A model generated the notes under the pieces. The model was not told the DNA's origin. It did no database searches and saw only the letters and a program-made list of their open reading frames with translations. 63,008 bases of DNA from Clostridia bacterium (GTDB lineage Bacteria; Bacillota; Clostridia; Christensenellales; UBA1242), in contig JAFWWV010000077.1 of assembly GCA_017523305.1 (NCBI GenBank), positions 1-63,008 on the forward strand, in the 5' to 3' direction. The translations under genes were made by a program, and so were the position numbers. Below are positions 37,701 through 43,213 of this stretch, one piece after another (position 1 is the stretch's first letter; each line of letters starts with the position of its first letter).

Positions 37701-40244
37701 AATCCTATGGGGTATGCAGACCACTTCTTTATTAAAAATGGGGAAGATTGGGAAGAAGTTACAGAACTTGATTTGACAGATTTAGAAACAATAGGTGATT
37801 ATGCATTCTATGGATTTAATAATATAACAACAATCAATTTATCTACAAACTTACAAACTATAGGAACATATTCTTTTGCTTATTGTAGTAATGTTAATGA
37901 GATAGTTGTTCCTGATTCTGTTACGGGAATTGGATATAATGCTTTTGGTGCATGTACATCATTGGCAACTATAACATTACCATTTGTTGGGGCAAGCACA
38001 ACTGCAACGGGTTCTTCAAATATTTTAGGATTCTTATTTGATATAAATACTGAAGGCACAACTGCAACTCATCAACAATATTCAAGTAGTTCTTCTGATA
38101 CCAAATTTATTCCAACAACATTGAAAACAGTAAACATTTCAGGTGGAAAAATTGGATATGGAACATTCTATAACTGTGAAACAATAGAAACTATTAGTTT
38201 ATCTGATTCCATTACAAATCTTGGAATTTATTCATTTTACGGTTGTACAAAACTTAAAAATATCAATATTCCGGGAGTTGTAACAATACAAGATAAGGCT
38301 TTCTATCAATGTACAACCCTTGAAAGTATTACATTGCCTAAATCTATTAAAACAATTAAAGATGGAGCTTTTGTAACCAATTCATCATTATTTACCAATG
38401 TTTACTTTAAAGGTACAATAAATGAATGGGCTAATATTGCATTTGCTTCTTCAACAGCAAATCCACTATATAGCGCTGAACATTTATATATTGAAGAAAG
38501 TGAAGGTGTATGGAAAGAAATTAATTCATTAGATTTGACTGGTTTGGAAACAATTAGTGAGTATTCTTTCTATGGCTTTGAAGGCCTTTCAGAACTAGTT
38601 ATAGGAAATACTTTAAAGATTATACCAACATCTGCATTCTATAGTTGTATTAACCTAATAAAACTTGATTTAACAGGTGTTGAACAAATCAATAATTCCG
38701 CATTCTATGATTGTGATAGTTTATCTTATTTAATAATTCCTGATAGTGTTAAAACGATAGATAAGAAAGCCTTTGGTTATTCTGCAAATTTGAAATATGT
38801 CTATATTTCTGATTCTGTAACAACAATTAAAACAGGTTCAGATGATGACTATTCACCATTTGTTGGTTGTTCAAATGTGGCTTTCTATTGTGAAGGTTCA
38901 AAGGCTCAATCTGGTTGGGAATCATATTGGAATATATCAAGAACACCTAATTATGAAATTGAAATAGAAGAATTTATGTTTATTGCTGACTTTAAAGCTG
39001 AAAATTATACATTAATTGATGGTGTTTATTATTACATTAGCTCTGATAAGACTATAGTTTATGCTTTAGGTGTTGATGATAAGACAATGACAGATATAAC
39101 TCTATATTCAAAAACTACAAGAATAGGATTTAAAGCATTTAGTGGTTGTACAAAACTTAAAAATATTACCTTAAGAAGCACAATTAAGAGAATATCGGAT
39201 AAAGCCTTTGAGAGTTGTTCTACACTTACAAATGTTTATTATGATGGCACAATTGAAGATTGGTGCAATGTAACAATTGGAAATATTTCTGCAGAAACAT
39301 CATTCTTTACAACACCAATGTACTATGCAGACCACTTCTTTATTAAAAATGGGGAAGATTGGGAAGAAGTTACAGAATTAGTTATTCCTGATAGTATTAC
39401 TGAAATTGGTTTATTGCAATTTTATGGGTTTGAATATCTAACATCAGTAATTATTCCAAGTTCAGTAACACGTATTAATAATTGTGCATTCTATAATTGC
39501 TTAAGAGTTACTAATTTAACAATTGGCGAAAATGTAACATATATCGGAAATAGAGCATTCTATGATTGTGATAAATTAACATCAATATATATACCAAAAT
39601 CGGTTGTTGATATATCTGCTTCAGCAAACAACTATTCGCCATTTTTTGGTTGCTCAAGTAGTTTAAAAATTTACTGTGGAGTAAATAGTAAACTAGATGG
39701 TTGGGGAAAATATTGGAATTGTTACTATGCTACATCAAATAGTAATAATAGTTATTTGACTGCTTATTATGATTATGAGTATGAAGAATATCTATTTGCA
39801 ATAGCAACAGATAAATCATCATTTACATTGATTGATAATGTTTACTATTACATTAATGAAGATGAGAGTAAAGTTTATGCTTTAGGTGTAAGTGATAAAA
39901 CAGCTTCTGAAATCGTTCTTGATGAGAGAACAACAAGAATTTCGCCAATAGCATTTAAAAATTGTACAGCATTGACTTCTATTGTTATTCCTGAAAATGT
40001 AGAGTATATTGCGCTTGACGCGTTTACAGGTAGTACTAATTTAACAACTGTATATGTTGATAGTACTGATATTTACAATTCATTGGAATCTAAATATTCT
40101 TGCGGAAGTGTATTTGAAAACTCATCTATCATCTATGTTTTACAACAAATTGTAAACACAGAAACTTCTAATGAATACCTTAATAATGCCGATGTATTTA
40201 ACAAGGTAGAAGAAGGGGAATACTTTAAATACTCACGTATTTAA
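31701..40244 (+). CDS. Second giant TIR/TM/LRR protein (2847 aa), paralog of 24195-30962 with a different ectodomain
   Basis: ATG 31701 follows AAAGGAGAG. It has the same Zn-ribbon/TPR/TIR layout (TIR nt 32148-32570). TM aa 735-757 (nt 33903-33971) follows 'KAKKKKKRK'. LRR_5 ~33990-34560. About 11 Flg_new repeats ('Y.I.Y.LNGG.NN..NP..Y..E' ... 'LYAKWTPI') at 34610-36350. Then repeated BspA-type LRR cassettes run to the end. Confidence 0.85.
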   Translation: MDNICNICGGSYVYKNGKWICSCCDNIKNEKITNEEVILLTNASAKLRMAAFDDAEELYRDFVKKYPKNPEGYWGLLLSKYGIKYEEDYDGKKVPTIYATSIESVLEDKNYQLAVEYADKDQKRYYKQQAQQFENIRQEWIEKASKEPPVDVFICFKDSDEEHNITRTDDSYEAQNLYTYLISKGYSVFFSRESLRDKVAEKYEPYIFNALNTAKVMVVYSSSREYMESTWVKNEWTRFLKKIKNGEKQKNSLVVSFEKMTASDLPKAFASCQCMDASKKTFYEDLDNHIRKVINESSVPTTKIDRVELGSAKKQKTAAKAIENLKTRDLSKYKVQQLTADEKTELKTAKICLSKELFDDALQSANRLLEINPNNGQALYIKLCAEENISSEEDLVAKAGTIKKINRFETIIENSSKEDSINLLNMLVSGCSLLIKKNNIEKALEYYNLISQYDFDYKNIVEDFKNKAYRLVDSKNYNLVERIVSSLLKTITDTNEYLDVLKNLIIGFRKSGERELTLNYCKKYIEVFDCDYEILWIKLCAEIGCLDDSVLHNYIANLKDFDSFKTILEYSPTEEKRNLYITTTLNAVVKKIQSKEIENIELLAKVFDEVIKYTNKKNKEKTLQIVLKMASACQLNYKFDLSEKYFAIALSENKSCHEAYWGLLQSKLKARNNNELIEQPTIISTMPDFHSAIAAAGDDERISEKYIDIKAKQLKYIEHKAEVDKAKKKKKRKIKIISIIVAIALAIGAALGGYGVYYSSENKLLYTLSEDGKGYIVSAGKFYDENVITIPETYNGKEVIGIAENAFKNKNLTSLNIPSTVQEIDDNAFYGCDNLANIKFDGTLYQGIYSSDLTTIGNYAFYGCSELKTVQLPESVESVGKYAFANCNKLNSINLTSNISELPEGLFENSFSYTISSISIPENIDYIGKNVFNNCTKLSKIFIDEREEIPHNWDNNWCGNNTNNYEIIWTLKVDLNYNGGTSTSNKTSISVVLGENFECPVPTKLGYIFEGWGYTKNEQFTLLTDEEGLSRNAWNIEEDITLTAKWTARDYEITYHLNGGENHTQNPSSFTIETDTFELFNPTRSYYEFEGWYTNELLTNPITSITKGTTGHIDVYAKWTPIEYDITYVMNGGTNNNLNPNTYNVETYFDFENPFKKGFEFKGWFTDSEFNNEISRLNRQYLGDIALYAKWEIITYPINYELNGGTNNVGNKSNYTVETDTFSLLNPTREHYTFGGWFNDNSYTSELNSIEKGTIGQKTLYAKWTPIEYNITYILNGGTNNNQNPNTYNVEDEIIFAEPTRNGYSFKGWFTDSEFNNEITNINREFLDEITLYAEWEIITYPINYELNGGTNNPENKSNYTIETDTFELKNPTREHYSFNGWYDFVFDTRVTEVTKGTFGEKTFCARWTPIEYDINYVLNGGTNNAQNPTTYNVEDSFVFKTPTKTAYTFMGWFSNEELTQEFSSLNSQYYGEITLYAKWTPTTYNIGYAMNGGTNNPLNPTSYNVESEDIILQNPTKSGYDFRCWYLNGVIVDRITTGTYGNLVLTPVFDAIFEVSSGTINGLTEYGKNTYNEIVIPEEIHGNTITKISSAAFKDDTSLTKVEIPATVTSIGNGAFSGCSSLTDIVIPFVGGNSTSSNSTSAVFGYIFGTQSYEGSTKTTQQYRSQGSYSTYTETFYIPTSLKNVKVLNGDLKYGAFHNCVDLENIEIMNATLIDSYGVNTCTSLKTITLPKSLTSVTAYAFQYSDSLEKVYYKGEINDWAVISFGNNTSNPMYYAQQFYLESDKINEVTKLNLTAENIGYAAFYGFNNVDEIIINESVKTIGNNAFFGCSKVTTIDVPTTVTKIGSSAFGNWYSLESIKLPFVGTDRTSNESTASVFGYVFGGSGEQMTSVTQNYSPYSTHTYMLPTALKTVEIYDGNLKYAGFSGCTTLETIVISSQTTTLTRSLFSGCTNLKNLTLPKSIKTTDTNVFNNNNALDNVYYNGTLEDWNKITFTAGSSNPMGYADHFFIKNGEDWEEVTELDLTDLETIGDYAFYGFNNITTINLSTNLQTIGTYSFAYCSNVNEIVVPDSVTGIGYNAFGACTSLATITLPFVGASTTATGSSNILGFLFDINTEGTTATHQQYSSSSSDTKFIPTTLKTVNISGGKIGYGTFYNCETIETISLSDSITNLGIYSFYGCTKLKNINIPGVVTIQDKAFYQCTTLESITLPKSIKTIKDGAFVTNSSLFTNVYFKGTINEWANIAFASSTANPLYSAEHLYIEESEGVWKEINSLDLTGLETISEYSFYGFEGLSELVIGNTLKIIPTSAFYSCINLIKLDLTGVEQINNSAFYDCDSLSYLIIPDSVKTIDKKAFGYSANLKYVYISDSVTTIKTGSDDDYSPFVGCSNVAFYCEGSKAQSGWESYWNISRTPNYEIEIEEFMFIADFKAENYTLIDGVYYYISSDKTIVYALGVDDKTMTDITLYSKTTRIGFKAFSGCTKLKNITLRSTIKRISDKAFESCSTLTNVYYDGTIEDWCNVTIGNISAETSFFTTPMYYADHFFIKNGEDWEEVTELVIPDSITEIGLLQFYGFEYLTSVIIPSSVTRINNCAFYNCLRVTNLTIGENVTYIGNRAFYDCDKLTSIYIPKSVVDISASANNYSPFFGCSSSLKIYCGVNSKLDGWGKYWNCYYATSNSNNSYLTAYYDYEYEEYLFAIATDKSSFTLIDNVYYYINEDESKVYALGVSDKTASEIVLDERTTRISPIAFKNCTALTSIVIPENVEYIALDAFTGSTNLTTVYVDSTDIYNSLESKYSCGSVFENSSIIYVLQQIVNTETSNEYLNNADVFNKVEEGEYFKYSRI

Positions 40245-40259
40245 AAAATAAAAGAAAAG

Positions 40260-40288
40260 TCCAAAACGAAAAGTTTTGGATTTTTTTT
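40260..40288 (+). terminator. Strong intrinsic terminator closing the 22-kb operon
   Basis: TCCAAAAC (40260-40267) / GTTTTGGA (40273-40280), 5-nt loop, T8. Confidence 0.85.
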
Positions 40289-40299
40289 GCAAAAAATAC

Positions 40300-40328
40300 T
40301 TGCTTTTATCAAACAAATGTTCTATAAT
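40300..40328 (+). promoter_or_regulatory. lexA promoter with an overlapping SOS-box-like site
   Basis: TTGCTT 40300-40305, 17-nt spacer, TATAAT 40323-40328. CAAACAAATGTTCT (40310-40323) matches the Gram-positive CGAAC-N4-GTTCG box except at its two outermost paired positions. Confidence 0.55.
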
Positions 40329-40380
40329 CAAATCATAAGTGAACGGGGTGTTCGCTTAAAACAAAAGGAAGTAAGGGTTT

Positions 40381-40977
40381 ATGAAAGTTATTAATGAAAC
40401 CAAATTAAATCAAATCCTAGAGTTTATTAAAACATTCCAGATAAAGGAAGGTAGGTCGCCATCATATAGACAGATTGCTAAAGTCGCCTGTTTCCCAAGT
40501 TTAGCAACTGCTCAAAAATATGTGAAGATTCTACAATCTAGGGGATTGATAGAGAGAAATGATTTAGGAAGAATTGTAACACCAACAAGATTAGACACAG
40601 AAGATACTATCGTAGCCCCGTTAGTAGGTAGAGTTGCTTGTGGTAAACCAATACTTGCAGTCGAGAATATTGAGGGTAATTTCAGACTTCCAAAAACTAT
40701 CTTCGGTTCACAAAATAAAATGATATTGACCGCTAGTGGTGATAGTATGGAAGGTGTTGGAATAAAAGATGGTGATTTAATAGTTGCAGACATCTCAAGC
40801 ACAGCAGAAAATGGTGAAATTGTTGTTGCTTTAATTGATGATTGTGCAACAGTTAAAACTTACTATTATAATAATGGAAAACATATCTTACACCCTGAAA
40901 ACCCAAAGTATGAGGACATTATTCCAGAAGAATTAATAATTCAAGGAGTTGTTAAACACGTTATTCATAATTTTTAA
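40381..40977 (+). CDS. lexA: LexA-type repressor (winged-helix N-domain plus S24 autopeptidase)
   Basis: 'GRSPSYRQIAKV...SLATAQKYVKILQSRGLIERN'. Cleavage region 'GRVACGKPILAVENIEG'. Ser 'SGDSMEG', Lys 'ATVKTYY'. Confidence 0.85.
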   Translation: MKVINETKLNQILEFIKTFQIKEGRSPSYRQIAKVACFPSLATAQKYVKILQSRGLIERNDLGRIVTPTRLDTEDTIVAPLVGRVACGKPILAVENIEGNFRLPKTIFGSQNKMILTASGDSMEGVGIKDGDLIVADISSTAENGEIVVALIDDCATVKTYYYNNGKHILHPENPKYEDIIPEELIIQGVVKHVIHNF

Positions 40978-41180
40978 TGGGGAGGCGAATAAAATTGAAA
41001 ATAACTAAAATTTATTGTCCACATTGTGGTAGGTATCTTGGCGAAAATGAGGTTGAAGATAAAGCTATCGAAAAAGTATTGACTAACAAACCCAAGCCAA
41101 AACAAAATCAAACGATTTATACTCAAAAGTGTAAAAACTGTAAAAAGAATGTTCATATTGCTGTAGAAATTGTAGCATAA
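40977..41180 (+). CDS. Small Zn-ribbon protein (67 aa) translationally coupled to lexA
   Basis: 'CPHCGRYL...CKNCKKN'. Its ATG overlaps the lexA stop (TAATG). Confidence 0.45.
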   Translation: MGRRIKLKITKIYCPHCGRYLGENEVEDKAIEKVLTNKPKPKQNQTIYTQKCKNCKKNVHIAVEIVA

Positions 41181-41196
41181 TATGTTGTCATATTAT

Positions 41197-41243
41197 GGAC
41201 CTTAATTGTCCGACAACTAATACATAAGGGACCTTAATTGTCC
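41197..41243. repeat. Two copies of the 15-bp palindromic motif GGACCTTAATTGTCC
   Basis: Exact copies at 41197-41211 and 41229-41243 (32-bp period). Each has GGAC/GTCC inverted ends. Confidence 0.7.
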
Positions 41244-41290
41244 AATAAAACTTAATTATAAGTTTCTTGGTGTTTAAGGTTTTTTAATGG

Positions 41291-41318
41291 CCTAGACACC
41301 AAGTGTCTAGGTTTTTTT
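41291..41318 (+). terminator. Intrinsic terminator after the lexA unit
   Basis: CCTAGACAC / GTGTCTAGG, 3-nt loop, T7. Confidence 0.8.
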
Positions 41319-41390
41319 AGTGCATTAAGGTCTATATTTATTAATTTGACAAAGGAAGACATAATACAACAAAAGAACACATTATAAAAA

Positions 41391-41419
41391 CTTACAATAC
41401 CATATTTGGTATTGTATAA
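41391..41419 (+). promoter_or_regulatory. Promoter with a perfect 22-bp palindrome in its spacer
   Basis: TTACAA 41391-41396, 17-nt spacer, TATAAT 41414-41419. ACAATACCA-TATT-TGGTATTGT occupies 41393-41414. Confidence 0.5.
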
Positions 41420-41482
41420 TTTCCATAGTATACAAAAGAAGTTATTGTGAGCAATTTTCTTTATAGAGGAGGATTCTTTTGT

Positions 41483-41623
41483 ATGAACCAAATTGTTACA
41501 TATATTTTAAATGTATTTTGGAAACTTGATGTGTTTCTTTTAAATTTAATTGTCTATTGTAAAAACAAGGCCTTAACGCAGGGGTATAACCCCCTTTACG
41601 CGTTAGGGCCTTTTTCTTTTTAA
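41483..41623 (+). CDS. Candidate 46-aa hydrophobic small protein (below the ORF-track cutoff)
   Basis: GAGGAGG lies 7 nt upstream of ATG 41483. Translation is 'MNQIVTYILNVFWKLDVFLLNLIVYCKNKALTQGYNPLYALGPFSF'. It has its own promoter (41391-41419) and a terminator hairpin (41569-41615) overlapping its 3' end. Confidence 0.3.
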   Translation: MNQIVTYILNVFWKLDVFLLNLIVYCKNKALTQGYNPLYALGPFSF

Positions 41624-41654
41624 AAAAATTAAAAAAAATTTAAAAAATATTTTC

Positions 41655-41679
41655 CGCGTGTTCAAATGGTGAACATGCG
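41655..41679. promoter_or_regulatory. Inverted repeat CGCGTGTTCA-N5-TGAACATGCG upstream of the conjugation regulatory genes
   Basis: 10-bp arms with one mismatch. Visibly GC-richer than its surroundings. Lies 53 nt before ATG 41732. Confidence 0.45.
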
Positions 41680-41731
41680 ACCTTGTTAAAGTAAGGGTGT
41701 CAAAACAAAAAAGAAAGGAGGTGATAACGAT

Positions 41732-42121
41732 ATGGATTTGAAGAAATCTAGCATTACTGCTGATATTTTAAATATTTTATCAGATTGTAAAGTTCATACT
41801 TTGCAAGAAATTGCTGATGAAGTTGAAGTTAGTAAAATGACAGTTCGTAGACATATTCAATCTCTTTCGTATCGTTATCCAATCCAAACTTTTAGTGGAG
41901 GCATTAATCGTGGTGGAGTGTATTTAGATAAAAACTACCTATATCAAGGTCAAATGTTAACACGTGATGAACTGCAAGTCATCAATAAAGCTCTTGCTAT
42001 GTTGCAGAATAGCAAAGGTGATGATGTTAGCCAAGAGATTATTATTAATCTTATATCTAAATTCTCTTTACCTAGTAATAAGGAGTATATAGATGATGAG
42101 TACTGTAAAAGAATTGGATAA
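41732..42121 (+). CDS. HTH DNA-binding protein (DeoR/HTH_11-like N-domain)
   Basis: 'HTLQEIADEVEVSKMTVRRHIQSL'. AGGAGG RBS. Confidence 0.6.
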   Translation: MDLKKSSITADILNILSDCKVHTLQEIADEVEVSKMTVRRHIQSLSYRYPIQTFSGGINRGGVYLDKNYLYQGQMLTRDELQVINKALAMLQNSKGDDVSQEIIINLISKFSLPSNKEYIDDEYCKRIG

Positions 42122-42602
42122 CAAAGAAAAAATAGATGATAGTAAAGAAATAGTTACTATAGACTACTATGACAGAATTCACAAACAATGGATTAAATTA
42201 GATGTTACTAAAGAAGTTGCTAGATGTTTAAATACAGAAAACAAAAGAACAAGAAGGGGAAATAACAGATACAATCGCTATAATTTGCCATTTGATGAAG
42301 TGTTTGATAGTAGAAATGAAGAAAATGAAAAATATCTAGTTGATGAAAGTTCTACTATTGATTTTGAGAATGCAGAGATTTTAATGGATATAGAATTAGA
42401 AAATAAGAGAACTTTAATAGAAAATTCTTTATGTTGTTTAACCCCTGAACAAAGAGAAGTAGTTGAAATGGCTTATTATAAAAATATGAGTTATAGCCAG
42501 ATAGCAGAAGCAAGAGGGGTGAATAACAAATCATCAATCTACAAAATAATGAAAGCTGCAGAAAAAAAGATAAAAAAACACATAAATGACACCCAAAATT
42601 AA
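42093..42602 (+). CDS. Sigma-70 region-4-like protein (ICE-type small sigma/HTH factor)
   Basis: 'LTPEQREVVEMAYYKNMSYSQIAEARGVNNKSSIYKIMKAAEKKI'. Confidence 0.6.
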   Translation: MMSTVKELDNKEKIDDSKEIVTIDYYDRIHKQWIKLDVTKEVARCLNTENKRTRRGNNRYNRYNLPFDEVFDSRNEENEKYLVDESSTIDFENAEILMDIELENKRTLIENSLCCLTPEQREVVEMAYYKNMSYSQIAEARGVNNKSSIYKIMKAAEKKIKKHINDTQN

Positions 42603-42716
42603 AAAATTTTAAACTTTTTTTCAAAAATTTGCGAAAAAGTGGGCAACGATTTGAAACTAGGTGTACTTAACATTATGAGGGGGTATGAAATTTTTCAGTT
42701 TTATTTTGTTGTGCTA

Positions 42717-42744
42717 GTCGGGCTACGCGACCGCGTGGCTCGAC
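42717..42744. promoter_or_regulatory. Candidate oriT: GC-rich 13-bp imperfect inverted repeat
   Basis: GTCGGGCTACGCG (42717-42729) / CGCGTGGCTCGAC (42732-42744), with 11 Watson-Crick pairs plus 2 G-T. It is an isolated GC-rich island just upstream of the relaxase operon. Confidence 0.45.
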
Positions 42745-42769
42745 AGCAAAAATTATTATAGGAGTGAAT

Positions 42770-43213
42770 ATGAAAGAACAATACACAGTAAGAGTTTACG
42801 ACCCAAAGGTGATTAGGCGAATAGAAAGTACTTTTAAGAAGTGTGAAGATTACTATCCAAATAAAAATTCTTTCTTGGTCGATTGCATTTGCAGAGGTAT
42901 GACTAATGTTGAAAGAGATATTTTTGGAGTAAAGAATGTTCAAGACCTTGAAGAACTTTATAAAGAAATTTCGACAACAACAGAAACTCTTAACAAACTA
43001 ATTAAATTGAGCGAAGAAAACGCAAGAGAGAATATGGCTCAATTACTGATGAATGAAAAACTACTTTCTTGCAATTACAATATGCTATTAGGTATTTCAA
43101 ACAAAGTTCCTTATGATAGAGAAACGGTTGAAAAAGGAAGTTTTGATGAATTACCAAGCAGATTTAAGTTGATATTAAAAGAAATTCTTGAGGAATTGAA
43201 AAATAAAAAATAA
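42770..43213 (+). CDS. Hypothetical protein, positional candidate for a relaxosome accessory factor
   Basis: AGGAG 5 nt before ATG 42770. Immediately precedes and abuts the relaxase. No diagnostic motif. Confidence 0.4.
   Translation: MKEQYTVRVYDPKVIRRIESTFKKCEDYYPNKNSFLVDCICRGMTNVERDIFGVKNVQDLEELYKEISTTTETLNKLIKLSEENARENMAQLLMNEKLLSCNYNMLLGISNKVPYDRETVEKGSFDELPSRFKLILKEILEELKNKK

Noticed and set aside
27100-40244. Repetitive DNA in the ectodomain regions as a CRISPR array or as a diversity-generating retroelement target.
   Set aside because: The repeats are in-frame protein repeats (Flg_new, LRR_5, GLUG) of 200-500 nt without unique short spacers. No reverse transcriptase or template/variable repeat pair with adenine-specific differences is visible in the window.
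40341-40354. GAACGGGGTGTTCG as the lexA SOS box.
   Set aside because: The half sites are separated by 5 nt rather than the canonical 4. The site lies downstream of the -10 in the leader. The CAAACAAATGTTCT site overlapping the -10 fits better. Weak LexA binding here cannot be excluded.
41252-41491. 79-aa minus-strand ORF in the regulatory intergenic region.
   Set aside because: It has no RBS, runs through a + strand terminator and promoter, and has an odd composition. The region is better explained by + strand regulatory signals, though an antisense RNA is possible.
42701-42943. 80-aa minus-strand ORF spanning the GC-rich inverted repeat.
   Set aside because: It is antisense to the 42770 gene, and its 'RSRSPTSTTK' end is just the translated oriT-like repeat.
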